Shown: positions 12,393 to 26,309 of the stretch, piece by piece
Numbering within the stretch: the stretch's first letter is position 1
Layout of the letters: every line of letters starts with the position of its first letter
Assembly (NCBI RefSeq): GCF_006345805.1
Contig: NW_021833877.1
Location: forward strand, 1 to 64,000
Length of the DNA stretch: 64,000 nt
Direction: 5' to 3'
DNA from: Octopus sinensis
Lineage: Eukaryota
The notes under the pieces: generated by a model
Told to the model about the DNA's origin: nothing
Seen by the model: the letters and a program-made list of their open reading frames with translations, nothing else
Database searches by the model: none
Translations under genes and position numbers: made by a program

Positions 12393-12748
12393 AATAAGAA
12401 AATGGAGGGGATAAATAGGTGGTATTCATCAACTTTTAGACATTATATTATGTCAATTTATGTATTTACTAAGAGGGCAATTATAACAATATACATACAT
12501 GTATAACATATTTTGCTTTACATATATAACATATAAAATATAAAAATATCACTAATTATTAAAATATATAAAGTAGAGCATCGGTATTTTTATATTTTAT
12601 ATGTTATATATGTAAAGCAAAATATGTTATACATGTATATATAATGTTATATTTGTCCTTTTAGTAAATACATAAATAAATTGACATAATATAATGTCTA
12701 AAAGTTGATGAATATCACCTATTGATTCCCTCCATTTTCTTATTGCTC
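12389..12748. mobile_element. Foldback/MITE-like palindrome, ~160-bp arms and ~32-nt spacer, in intron 1
   Basis: gagcaataagaaaatggaggg...tataaaaatatc (12389-12550) matches the reverse complement of 12583-12748. The right flank is TA and the left flank is (TA)n(GA)n. Confidence 0.88.
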
Positions 12749-12922
12749 TATAAATTAGGGGTAAAATAACTCTTTACTTTCACCCATTTAGTACACTTGG
12801 TAATGTAATTGCGATGCAATGAAAAAACACTTGTGTATTAATAATTGGGTATTCTACCAGCAGTATATTGGATAGATATTATCCCTTAGGCGGTTGGATT
12901 CACAACCTCTAACTCTCTTGGA

Positions 12923-12970
<48 letters not shown>

Positions 12971-12971
12971 C

Positions 12972-13029
<58 letters not shown>

Positions 13030-14643
13030 TGTGTGTGTGTTGTAATGACAATAATAATCGTTGGATGGAATTTATAAATATTTTAATGCATCGCTACGTG
13101 CGTTTCCACAAATCACACGTTTCTTAGGATCATAGTCCGTATTCCTGGGATGGTTACATTGTAGTCCGTATTATCCGTGGGCATCGGGTGGATCATCTTC
13201 ATGGATTGATTTCTTCAGGTGAAATAGCAGTAATGAATGTTTAACAGTGGTGGTGGTGGTGGTGGTGGGGTTGTTTATTCCTTTTGTCCAGTGAGAAAGT
13301 CGATTGAGTTACGTAGGTATTTCTGTGTGTATTTGGTGTGGAGGAGGAGAAGATGAGGGAAAAATAGGAAGGAACGATAATTATATGGCAATGAACGTGT
13401 GTGTGGTGATGTTGGACGTATTTCGCTGTTCATTCAGCAGATGTCAAGGATGAGTAATACATTCCTTTGTTCGGACTAACTTCAATGAAGTCTGAAGCAA
13501 AAGGGTCAATAGGTCAGCCACTCCAGCCACTCCAGCCACCAGCTGTTGGAGTTCATTGTCTGAATTGATAAATGATACTTTCTTAGGGTGACCTTTTAAT
13601 TATTTCTGGTGGCACAATAGTATACTGTATAGCACCCTAAACATTAGCTGATTTGTTTGTTTGTTTGTTTGTGTTCCTTCCTTGTTCTATAATATGCTAT
13701 GGGCATATTATCCTACATTACATCCGTACAGCTCGATACAACCCGAAATCACTGGTCCACAAGTCAGCATCATTAAATTGTGGCTGGCATAATGGAATAG
13801 GAACTTTATTTGCATATCCCAAATGTTTCCCGTAAACAAATTAAAAAAATAAATGCTTGAAATACGAGACTAGAAAAACAGACAACAACTGATGAAGGGT
13901 CGTTATGTTGTTTGTTTTGTTTTCCATTTGTGTCTTTCGTTGTTCGAAAGAATAGTTCATGTTCCATTTACTCTTGCTTCGTACTTTTTTGGAGTACACG
14001 TTTCATGACGTCCTGTGCCCACATATGCATATAGATATATATATAGATATATTATATATATAGATATATTAATATACGTATAGATTATGTACATATACGT
14101 ATGTATATATGCATATATATATCATATATATATATATATAATTATATATATATATATATATAGATATATTATATTTATATTTATATATATACTTACATAC
14201 ATACACACATACATACATACACACACACACACACGTATCTATATTTCCCAGCATGAAACCTCGGCATGCAATGCACTCCATACGATAGAAAAGAATAGAT
14301 ACAAACATTAGATTTTAGTTTAATCGAAATCATTCAATGTCGCCGAGAAACATCTTGGAAGAAAATCCAGCACGCTATCCGCAACCTACTTCAATTACGT
14401 GGGTTTCATGTTTAATATTGTACACTGTGGCTTCTAGAATAGGACTTACCTCCTCACGTACGTACAAATACACACGTATATCTATGAATGTTCTTATACA
14501 CACATGTGCTCATGCACGCGTGTATATGCCTTGTGTGTCAATTATACTGATGTCTAATTCTATTGCTGTGATGTACGTGTTTTGTTGACTTGTGCTTGTG
14601 TGTGTGTGTGTGTGTGTGTCTGTGTGTGTGTCTGTGTGTGTGT

Positions 14644-14690
<47 letters not shown>

Positions 14691-14823
14691 TGTGTGTGAA
14701 AATTCTATTTCCTCGCGGCTCGAGTTTCCCGAGACTGCGATCATCAGGTGTAAAGTTTTTTACTGTACGCGATATGTATTGAGTTATCTCTCCTCTTCTC
14801 GCTCTACTTCTCTACTCTTCTTC

Positions 14824-14879
<56 letters not shown>

Positions 14880-15715
14880 ATCTCTATCTCACTGTTTCTC
14901 TCTGTACGTTTCCCTCTGCCTCCTTATAGCAACCTTGTCTCTTTTTCTGTCCCCTCTGCTTTTCTCTAATTTTGCTTCTGAACACACACACAGATAAAAA
15001 CATGCATATATATATATATATATACAAGAACTGTTATGAACGTGGGATCAAAGAAGGGGCAGAAAGGTGGCACCAGACAGTACAACACGATGGCGTCTGC
15101 TTTGAATGCTTGGCGGCCTTTGTTGTAACTTGACGAACAAAAGCAACGAAGTTACCAAACCTTTTGACTCAGCACAATACTAAGAGACACAGTATGAGTC
15201 TGTGTGTGTGTGTGTGTGTGTGTGTCTGAGACATAGTGAAAGAGAGAGGGGGAAAGAAAAAGCAGTGATTCTAATAAGCATATCTTCTCATACATGCTTA
15301 CATTTGATTTAGAAGGAAGCCGTATGTTTTGGTATATAAGGAACTTTTCCAAAAACAAAAATTATCAAAAGAAAAAAAAATTTCCCTCGACTATACGCCG
15401 TTGAACTGGCATGCGTCTAATGTACCCGGGTGTCGTTAATGTGATCAAATACGGTATTTCTCTGTAAGACAGAGGTTGTAAGGGAGATTACACAGGTACA
15501 CGGGAGTATCTATAAGTGTCAAGTTTTGTTTAGCGAATAATTCGGATTTAGATCAATGTAACAACATCATTAATAATGATCTGTCTTAGGAGTTCATTTA
15601 TGGTCACCCTATCTGCTAGAAATAGTAGCCGAATCTCTCTTAAATTTCACTGTTCATTTAAAAAGGAAAGAAAACCCATAGTGGACAATATTAGTCCCAT
15701 ATTACAACCACCACC

Positions 15716-15748
<33 letters not shown>

Positions 15749-15905
15749 TACTACTACAACTACTACTGCTAGAATAATTCACTGGCTGCAACAACAATAA
15801 CAAGAATACCATTTAAAACTAATTATTAAAACTAATTATTAAAACGTAAAATAACTAATACTTCTTCGTCCCCTAAATTATTAACTTCTCCTCAATTTAT
15901 TTCAG

Positions 15906-16189
15906 GTCAAGAGGGAGCCTTCAAAAAATTGAAGACTGAAGGTGGCACAGTGAGCAGCGGAAGTACCGTGAGCAGTATGGGAACAAGTTCAGGTCTAGGT
16001 AGTGGAGTACAGCACGGTAGTGCTACAACGGGCACATGTCCAACACCGGCCCGACGGAGGCACCGGACGACCTTCACACAAGAACAGCTACAAGAACTAG
16101 AGGCAGCCTTTGCCAAAAGCCATTATCCGGATATCTATTGCAGAGAGGAATTAGCAAGAATCACAAAACTAAACGAAGCCCGTATACAG
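15906..16189 (+). CDS. Prop1: Prop-family homeobox exon, N-terminus through homeodomain residue 46
   Basis: Acceptor tttatttcAG (15904-05) and donor GTAATA at 16190. Encodes [46 protein letters not shown] (homeodomain starts at 16052). This closely matches my recollection of the C. elegans UNC-42 and Drosophila CG32532 homeodomains. The intron lies at the typical PRD-class position 46/47. Confidence 0.96.
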
Positions 16190-16210
16190 GTAATATCATT
16201 CTTTTTAATT

Positions 16211-16599
16211 ATAAGGCGGCGAGGAGCTGGCAGAAACGTTAGCACCCGGGCGAAATGCGTAGCCGTATTTCGTCTGCCGCTACTTTCTGAGTTCAAATTC
16301 CGCCTTTCATCCTTTCGGGATCAATAAATTAAGTACCAGTTACGTAATGGGGTCTATGTAATCGACTTAATCCGTTTGTCTGTCCTTGTTTGTCCTCTCT
16401 GTGTGTTTAGCCCCTTGTTAGTCCGCTCTGTGTTTAGTTCTGAGTTCAAATTCTGCCGAGGTCGACTTTGCCTTCCATTCTTTCGGGGTCGATAAATTAA
16501 GTACCAGTTACGCACTGGGGTCGATGTAATCGACTTAATCAGTTTGTCTCTCCTTGTTTTCCCCCTCTGAGTTTAGCCCCTTGTGGGTAGTAAAGAAAT
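16211..16599 (+). mobile_element. Dominant SINE inserted 21 nt into intron 2, with a 23-nt TSD
   Basis: Head aggcggcgaggagctggcagaa, duplicated body and tail gggtagtaaagaaat. Flanked by identical aggtaatatcattctttttaatt at 16188-16210 and 16600-16622. Confidence 0.92.
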
Positions 16600-17007
16600 A
16601 GGTAATATCATTCTTTTTAATTTTGGCGCAAGGCCAGCCATTTTGAGGGGAAGGGCGATTTGATTATATCGACCCTGATACTTAACTGATATTTATTTCA
16701 TCGTGTCCTAAAGATAAACTCGACCTCGGTGGAATTTGAACTTAGTACGTAATGAGTCGGATGAAATGCTACTAAGCATTTCGTCCGGCGTGCTAACCAT
16801 CTGTGGGTCGACTTCTGTAAATAATCCTTTCTACTATAGGCAAAAGGCCGAAATTTGAAGGAGGGAACTATTGACTAGGACTTACTTTCTCACAGAAACG
16901 GAGGGTGCTAACCGATGGAGTGTGTGGGTACCAAAAACCTCTTTTCATAAATAAACTGATACAGTAATGAAATCGTCCAACTCAGTGACGGATCGTTGTT
17001 CATTAAC

Positions 17008-17043
<36 letters not shown>

Positions 17044-17832
17044 CAAAATAATGGTGAAAAACGTATACAGCAACTGACGAAAATTATGTCTTTAGTCACA
17101 AGATCTGTCTTCATTATTTTTTATGTGGGACCTGGTGCTTTCCAGATGAAATCTTTTCTGTTGGTGCTGTTGATTATCCAAGCGGTTGGTATCCTCAGCC
17201 AAACCGGAGAACAGGAGGGACGAGTGTGGAGACTGTTCGGTATCTTATGATCAAGATATGAATAGACCTTACTGGGATGATTTTCTTTACTATTTTACAC
17301 GCACACAAGCTGTCTCATGATTCAACAAATTCCGATAATCCCCAGTACTCAGTTACTCCTTGTTACTCATACTAACTGAAATACTTCATCAGACGCAGAA
17401 ACGTAGTTACTCTGAGTAAATGAGTTCAGGCTGAGTATATGGTAATGGCGCTAATATGAAGCTAAATGCAGTCACGGGATCGTTGCTGCCTGACTGGTTG
17501 CTCTGAGCAGCACTACATACACGCGTCTTTACATTGGCCAAACCGGATCAACTAAAAGAACTGAGATAAAAGCTATTTGAAATCAAAGGAAAAAAAACAA
17601 TTTATGGCTAATTTAATTAGAATGGCAACGACTCTCTATATTTTAAGTTCAATCCCTGCCGAGGTCAACTTTGCAGGTCATCTGTCCGGGGTATATAAAA
17701 CAATACAGTACAATATTTACAAATACATATATATACGTATACAAATATATAACTGAATATGTATATCTAGATATATGTAATATATATGAATACATACATG
17801 TATATATATACAATATATTTATGAATACACAA

Positions 17833-17893
<61 letters not shown>

Positions 17894-17924
17894 CATACAT
17901 ATACGTATACAAATATATAGCTGA

Positions 17925-17964
<40 letters not shown>

Positions 17965-19044
17965 GTAGTATATATATATATATATATGTATATACATGTA
18001 TATATGTAAGTGTGTATACATGCGAATGCGTAATGTAAGTATGTGTGTAGGTGTGTGTGTGTGTATGAGTGTGTGTGTGTGACTCTTCATATAAATTGTG
18101 AACATCTCTTCGTGGTGCAACGAACGGGTTTTCACTGCATTTCAGAAACAGTCCAAAAAACGGAACAGCAAATGCAACCTGCACCACCACCAGCATCACC
18201 ACCACAAAAGAATTACTAGTAAAATAAATAATAAATATATAATAAAAAAAACCCCAAGAAACCAAGCATCTTAACAGCTAAGCTCTCCACTAACGCAAGC
18301 TCCTCTGCCTTCCTCTCCTGTCAGATCTGCGAGGAATCTAACCCTACGTTCGGGTTAGTCGGCGTTAACACAATAACTAGCAGTGAAAGGCATCTCAATT
18401 GTCAAACAAGATGAAAGGAACAGAAGAAGAAAATACAAACAAAACAAAAATATGTACATATATATATTAATACACTTTATGTAGACACAAATACAAATAT
18501 AAATACATATATTATATATATATATATATAAATATATAAATGTATATATATATGTATTATAATAACATATATACATATATATATATGTACTATATTTATA
18601 TATATATTATAATAGATATATATTAATATATATATATATATAAATATAGGTACATATATATATATAATACATATATATAATTATATAGATATATATATTA
18701 TATATATATAATATATATATATCTATATATATACTAACGCACACAGGTACACACATACAAACACACAGATACTCACACACACCCCATACATACATACATA
18801 CATACATACATACATACATACATACATAATATATATAATATATATATATATATACAAACAATAATGATAACACTGAAGGTTGTGATGATGATGATAATGG
18901 TGATAGGGAATAAAAGAAATATAACAGTAAATAGCATATACTGATATATTATACCACACACACACACACACACATATAATATATATCATATACACATATA
19001 TATGTGTATATATACATATATATATATATTATATATATATATAT

Positions 19045-19096
<52 letters not shown>

Positions 19097-19871
19097 ATAT
19101 ATATACTAAATATATATATATATATATATATATGTTATATGTATTATATATTAAATTGTTATATATATATATATAAATGTATATATATATATATTAACTT
19201 GTATATATACATACATACATACATACATACATATGTATACGTATGTACGTAATTTATATATATCGGCATATACATGTGCATACACACACTTACACACATA
19301 CACACAGAGTGGTTGTCGGTGCTAGAAGAGTTGTTGCTGTTGTCGGTGGTGGTGGTTGATGGTGTTGATGTTGGTGGTGTCGGGGGCGTATCGAATATGT
19401 TTGTTACGAGGCAGGGTTCGGGTTGAGGCTATGCGTTTGAGCTGCTGATAGGCACTATAACAAGAGGACTTGTCGCTGAGGCGGTGAGTGCGGAGGGGTG
19501 GGGGTGGGAATAAAAATGGTGGAATGCTGAGGTGGTGGGGGGTGTTGTGGGGGCGTGGGGGGTAAGGAACAGATAGTGATGGTGGTGATGTTAACGAGGG
19601 GGATGTTGTGCGGTGGTGATATAGCAGCAGCTTAGCCTTCGTTTTAAATTACACAGTTTTCAAATGCGCCTGAGGGAGGCGCTTTCAAATTGAATTTGGC
19701 AAAAAGACAGTTGAAAAGAGATCGACAGAGAAGATGATGGAGGAAGGAGGGGGAGGAGGAGAAGAGGAAGGGGAAGGAGGAAGGGGAAGAAGAAGAAGAA
19801 GAAGAAGAAGAAGAAGAAGAAGAAGAAGAAGAAGAAGAAGAAGAAAGAAGATGGTGGTGGGGGTGATGGTC

Positions 19872-19904
<33 letters not shown>

Positions 19905-19986
19905 GTGATGTTAATGATGATGATGATGATGATGATGATGATAATGATGATGAACAAGAAGAGGAAAAAGAATAGAAGAGTGAGTA

Positions 19987-20107
<121 letters not shown>

Positions 20108-20440
20108 CAGAATAAGAGAGAATAGGCATGGATGGATGGATGGATGGATGGATGGATAGACAGGCAGACAGACAGGTAGATAGATAGATAGGTAGAAATG
20201 AAGATGAAGATGATGATAGCAGAGATATCATGGAACAAGCGTTAGTGACGCTGGTGTTGTTGTTTAGCTTAAGTTCAGCCCTGATCGATCGGATCCAAGA
20301 CTCTCTAACCGTGACCATCCGGTCATTTATTGCCCCCCAAACTATATTATCTAATGTTTGTCCCTCTTTTATAAGGTGTAGTACGGTGATGGTGGTCGTA
20401 AGCGTGAAAACTAGGGTGGTGACGTCATAGTGGGATTGAA

Positions 20441-20493
<53 letters not shown>

Positions 20494-20595
20494 CAGCAGT
20501 AGAAACAGTAGAAGCAGCGGCAGCAGTTGTAGTAGTGGTTGTTGTCGTTGGTGGCGGCTGTGGTGTGGGTGGTATTATTTGTTGTACTAGTATTG

Positions 20596-20626
<31 letters not shown>

Positions 20627-20646
20627 CAGTAGTAGTAGTAGTAGTA

Positions 20647-20699
<53 letters not shown>

Positions 20700-20846
20700 T
20701 GCAGAGGTGGTGGTGGTGATGGTGGTGGTGTTTGTGTTGTTAATGGCAACGGTTGAAGGTTGCGTGGTTGTGTAGAGGTAGCGTCGGTGATCCTGGAAAT
20801 GGTTAAGGCGATTGCGATGTGGATGGTTACCGTAACAGTGGTTGCG

Positions 20847-20889
<43 letters not shown>

Positions 20890-21499
20890 AGTTGTGGATG
20901 TAGTAGTGCCGGTTGTAGTGGTGGGTATGGTGGCGGTGGATGGTACTGGTGGATGACGGTTGTGGTGGGGGGTAGTGATGGTCGCAGTCATAGTGTTGGC
21001 ATCAGGAGTGGTTGTGGTGGCGGTGGTAGTATGGCAGCGGTGGTGGTTGTTGTTGTTGTGATGATGATGGTGGTGTCGGCGGCGGCGCTGTTGCTGACGG
21101 TGACTGGGAGTGACTGACAAGCTGTTAGACACTTTTCCGCCATAGAAAGTCGAACGGAAAGAGACGAACATTACCTCTCACGTCACTTTGGATTAAACAA
21201 ACCACAAAGAGATAGACAATAACTCTGTCGTCATCATCATCATCATCATCATCAGCAGCAGCATCATCATCATTATTATTAGTATTAGTATTATTATTAT
21301 TATTGCTGCTGCTCCCTTGCTCATCATCTCGTCTTCTGTGTCGTTGTTGCTTCTCTGACTCTCTACATCATCATCATTAAAGCTGTCGTTGATGATGATG
21401 ATGATGATGGTGCTGGTGGCAGAGTATGAGTGGTGATGATGATGATGATGACAATGACGATGACGATGATGATGATGACGATGATGATGATGGTGGTGG

Positions 21500-21541
<42 letters not shown>

Positions 21542-21657
21542 CGATGATGATGATGATGATGATGATGGTGCTGGTGGCAGAGTATGAGTGAGGATGATGA
21601 TGATGATGACAATGACGATGACGATGATGATGATGATGGTGATGGTGATGGTGATGG

Positions 21658-21689
<32 letters not shown>

Positions 21690-22154
21690 GCGGCGATGAC
21701 TGGCGGAATGACAAGACGAGTAATGAAAGCGAGAGGCAAGAGTGCTTTGCCAACCTTCGTTCTTCATCTCTCCGTTCCTATTTCTGTGTCTCTCTTTCTC
21801 TTCCTCTCACCCTTTCTCTTCATCTCTGTCCCTTTGCCTCTCTCCCTCTCTTCTACTCCCCCACTTTCTATCACAACTGATTGTCTGTCCGTCCGTCACG
21901 TCTGAATTTTCCATCTTTTTATCTAAAATGCCTATTCTCTCTTATTCTGTCTGTCTGTCTTTCTCTTTCTCCCCCCCTCTCTCATGCACACACACACACA
22001 CACATACACACCCACGCATACACACACGTACACAACCGTCTGTCCGCCCGTCCGTCCGTCCATCCGTCACGTCAGAATTTTCCTTCTTTATATCCAACAA
22101 GATGCCATTTGACAAAGTTAGTGCCAACTTTAACACACACACACCACACACACA

Positions 22155-22218
<64 letters not shown>

Positions 22219-24347
22219 GCACACATACACACATACACACACACACACACGAGGAATATGTGTGACGTGAGCAAAAGAAAGAATAACGCTGACAACTCGC
22301 TCGTCTACTTCAATATAAAATTAATACAAACTGGCTCTTACTTTTTTTCTTCTCTTCCTTCATTTCTTTCTTTTTTTCCTTGTCTTGTTTTCATCTCTTT
22401 CCTTCCTTCCTCCTCCCCTCTTTCATTGTTCCTATCCCCGCCCACTTTCTCTGCTCATTACGTTTCATAGTTTCTCTTTCATCAACTTTTCTGTACTCTT
22501 AGTTTTTCCGTTCTTTCTTTCTTTCCTAAATTCTTTCTTTTGTATTTTTCTTTCTCTACTTTCGTCCTTCGTCAGTTTTCTTTTATTCCACTTCGATTTG
22601 TAAAGATTCTAACCATCACGCTATTGGGGAGTCAAGGCCATTATGCCTGTTCTTAATCTTTGCTGGGAGCCGCATAACCGCCCTCGCGATGTTAAATCTC
22701 TTCGGAAGGGCATGAACTTCACAGCTTCTTATTTTCATCTCCCATCCTCTTAAAGCATTTTTATCTGTGGTCAAAAGCAATTTTCTTCTCTCTCACGCTC
22801 CCTCTCACGTGCCCCTTCTCTCTCACGCTCCTTCTCACGTGCCCCTTCTCTCTCACCTCCTTTCCTCCTCTCTAGTTCCAGACAAACGGTCACTGGTCCG
22901 TGTCACTGGTACGGTCACTGGTCCGTGTCTTGTCTCAGGCATCTCTCTGCATCTTTAGACAATAAACTTAACCTTTAATAATACGAGCAAATCAGGAAAC
23001 GTCTATATATTGAAGTCTCCTTCAAATTATACCCTAGTCTCTTGAAAAAGGGGAGAACAAGAACACTTTAGATATAGTACTTCTATGGGGCCATTTGTAC
23101 ACGGTTACTGAAAACAAGTTGGGATAATCGTGGCTGGAATGCATTTTAGTTAAAGGCTTTTATTATGATTAACTTTGCCTCAGTATTAGGAGTACTAAAA
23201 TCACGTGGTCTCTGTTTTACAGAATCAAACAAACCCATCGTTTTTAAGTGATTCAAGCGGTCACCATTTTCAAGATGGCTGACTGCCTTTTGGAGGGATG
23301 TCTAACTGATGCATCAAGCATGTCATATCTTTTATCTTTACTCATTCATTAGACACTTGCCCAAAGTGCCACTCAGTGGGACTGAACCCGAGACCATGTG
23401 GTTTATTAGTGCAATTCATACTCATAGGAGTCCACAGATATCGTCTCATAAATCTGCGAAATCTTATGTGAGTACACAGATATCTTGAAGACGATTGCGA
23501 ATGTCTCGGACTGGATTTGACGGCCATTTTATCTGTAGCTTTGAGAAAGTCAACATTTTTACATGAAACCTTCTTTCGCTGGTCTTTTATGTCTCTGTCA
23601 TACACCTTCATTCGTTTGATCACTACAATTCGAAAGAGATCATGCTGAGGGACGTGGAAATGCCACCATCTCAAGTACAGGCAAAAGGCCTTCAAAATAT
23701 TCAATGCCATTCCCTGCATATCTGGTTTTATATGACAATGACCTCCTAGAGACACGCTTTAGCAAAAGCTAAGGGTTTCCTCACTTCCAGTGGTCTTCCA
23801 GCAAGCTGGACATCAACCCAGTATGTCTGAGTGTCCGTGCTATTGCTAGATGGTCATTGAAGCCATACTAGTTTCTGGCCTTTTGAAAGGTCTTGGTTTC
23901 AGTGCTGCTGGGTTTCTGACAACCCTCCTCATTTGACAAGCCTGGTGTTTGGAGGACGGGTGGCAGTTTAGCAGCCGACGACCCAACCAATAAGTGTACT
24001 AGGTTCTATGTTGCCGGTAGCACTAATGAGAGGCATCACAAGTGACCTGACATATACAAAGATACATACATACATACATACATACACATACATATGTATG
24101 CATAATTTATGCATTAATAGAAATATGCATAATCATATATATATATATTTATATATATAGATAGATAGATATGTACATACATATATACATACACACACAC
24201 ATATATACAAATATATATATATAAGGTTTTTCAGATGGCCAGAAAACCGAAGAAATGGTGCTGTGGATTTCCACCTAGGCATCCGAAACTCAGAGTTTTA
24301 TCTTGGCTATTGAATAATTGTCACATATATTTTACAGATATATATAT

Positions 24348-24401
<54 letters not shown>

Positions 24402-24416
24402 GTGTGTGTGTGTGTG

Positions 24417-24450
<34 letters not shown>

Positions 24451-24800
24451 GTGAGAGAGAGTGAGTGAGAGAGAGAGAGAAATAGAGTGAGAGAGAAAGA
24501 GAGAGAGAGAGAGGTATGCATACATGTATACATATTTATATATAAATTTCCCTTCCAGTTTTGTTCATTTTCTCCTAGTTTCAGTTATTTTGACAATTCC
24601 TTGTGCTTGCTTGTGTATCTGAAGTGTGAACTGGGCCTGTATCGAACACGATCTGAGTTTGAATATATCAGAACCACAGTTATACAAATAGAAATCGCAC
24701 TGTTTCTTTGTAACATTGTATCTGTTTCAGTCAGTTCGTGTAAAAGCAGCATATTAAACGTTGTTATAGGCAAGATAGATAATAAATCAAGATGAAATAT

Positions 24801-24873
<73 letters not shown>

Positions 24874-25624
24874 ATATTCAGCTGTGTAGTGATTTGTAAA
24901 TTTGTAGACGGTCCTGTTTCAACATTATGTGCACCGTCAGTGCAGACGGATTGCATAATGATAATTCATACAAGGTGGGACTGATTAACTGAAGTTATAG
25001 ATTGTAATCCTTGTGTCTGCAGTGAGGATGCACAATAATAATAATGATGATGATGATGACGACGATGACAACGATGATGGTGGTGATGATGATTTCTTTC
25101 GTTAGCCTCTTGGATGAAGGGGACGTCTCCAAGGAGAGTCATCAATTTGCGTGGAGATTTACATAACAGATGAGGAGAAAGAAATAGAAAACACGCTACA
25201 TACATACATGCATACACGCACACATGCATACATGCTTACATAGATATATATATGTGAATATATATGTGTGTGTATTTGTATGTATGTGTGTGTATGCGTG
25301 TATGTATACACTCACATACACACACATATATATAACTGTAGTTATATAATTAAAATTAGTATAGTTTTATATATGTATGTATAGGTCCTGTTATTATTAT
25401 TTTTTTGTATTTATATTCGTGTAACATCGCCCGTTTTTCCGTCCTTGTTTCGTATACATTCGAAGCTTTTTTCCAAGGAATCTAATGCTCTTAGCTTAGT
25501 TTTTCCTTAATCAGCCGAAATTGCGAGGATGATCTGGTTCTTGACTGAAGATTAAAGGCTTCGAATGACCCGTCCGTGTTTTTTGTATCGTCTTCTGAAT
25601 GTTTTGCGTTCTTGTTCCATTTTG

Positions 25625-25682
<58 letters not shown>

Positions 25683-25886
25683 TATATAGCCTGCATAAGG
25701 TGTGAAAATGGTTAAAGAAAAGTATGGAAGTTCACTTGACCACATTGATAAAGTCTGAGATTTACATTTAGGTTAGATATATCTGTTTGATACATTCAGC
25801 CATATAGCTTCTAATTGAATGAGTTGTCACTGCAGTCGATTGGGCAGAGTGGTTATCGTCGAAACCGGCGGTGCTCCATTTATTCA

Positions 25887-25957
<71 letters not shown>

Positions 25958-26110
25958 ATATCTATCAATCTATCTATATATCTATCAATCTATCTATCTA
26001 TCTATCTGCCTGTTTATCTATCTATCTATTTGTCTGTCTGTCTGTCTGCCTTTCTAACTAACTATATATATGTGTGTCTGTGTGTATGCATATAGATATA
26101 TGTATATATA

Positions 26111-26141
<31 letters not shown>

Positions 26142-26150
26142 CAAATATAC

Positions 26151-26210
<60 letters not shown>

Positions 26211-26309
26211 TATATATATATAATCAATGTGATCAGGGTGGGCTTCCATACTTTTTCTTTACTCAAATTCACACCCTAGCGTTTGAACTACGCAGGGCTG
26301 TAATAAAAG

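Noticed and set aside
13440-13458. Alternative phase-1 start exon ATGTCAAGGATGA|gtaata
   Set aside because: Weaker donor context than 11781-11784, and nothing else supports it.
17609-17619. Perfect paired-type P3 site TAATTTAATTA, suggesting autoregulation
   Set aside because: Several such sites are expected by chance in 64 kb this AT-rich. It needs conservation or ChIP data.
18338-18380. Hairpin followed by CTAG, resembling a Helitron 3' end
   Set aside because: No T follows the CTAG, no matching 5' end is found, and there is no second copy in the window.
20230-20430. ORF MEQALVTLVLLFSLSSA... resembling a secreted protein
   Set aside because: It overlaps an interspersed repeat (ctgatcga...ccgtgaccatcc) also seen at ~28190-28260 and ~55000-55100.
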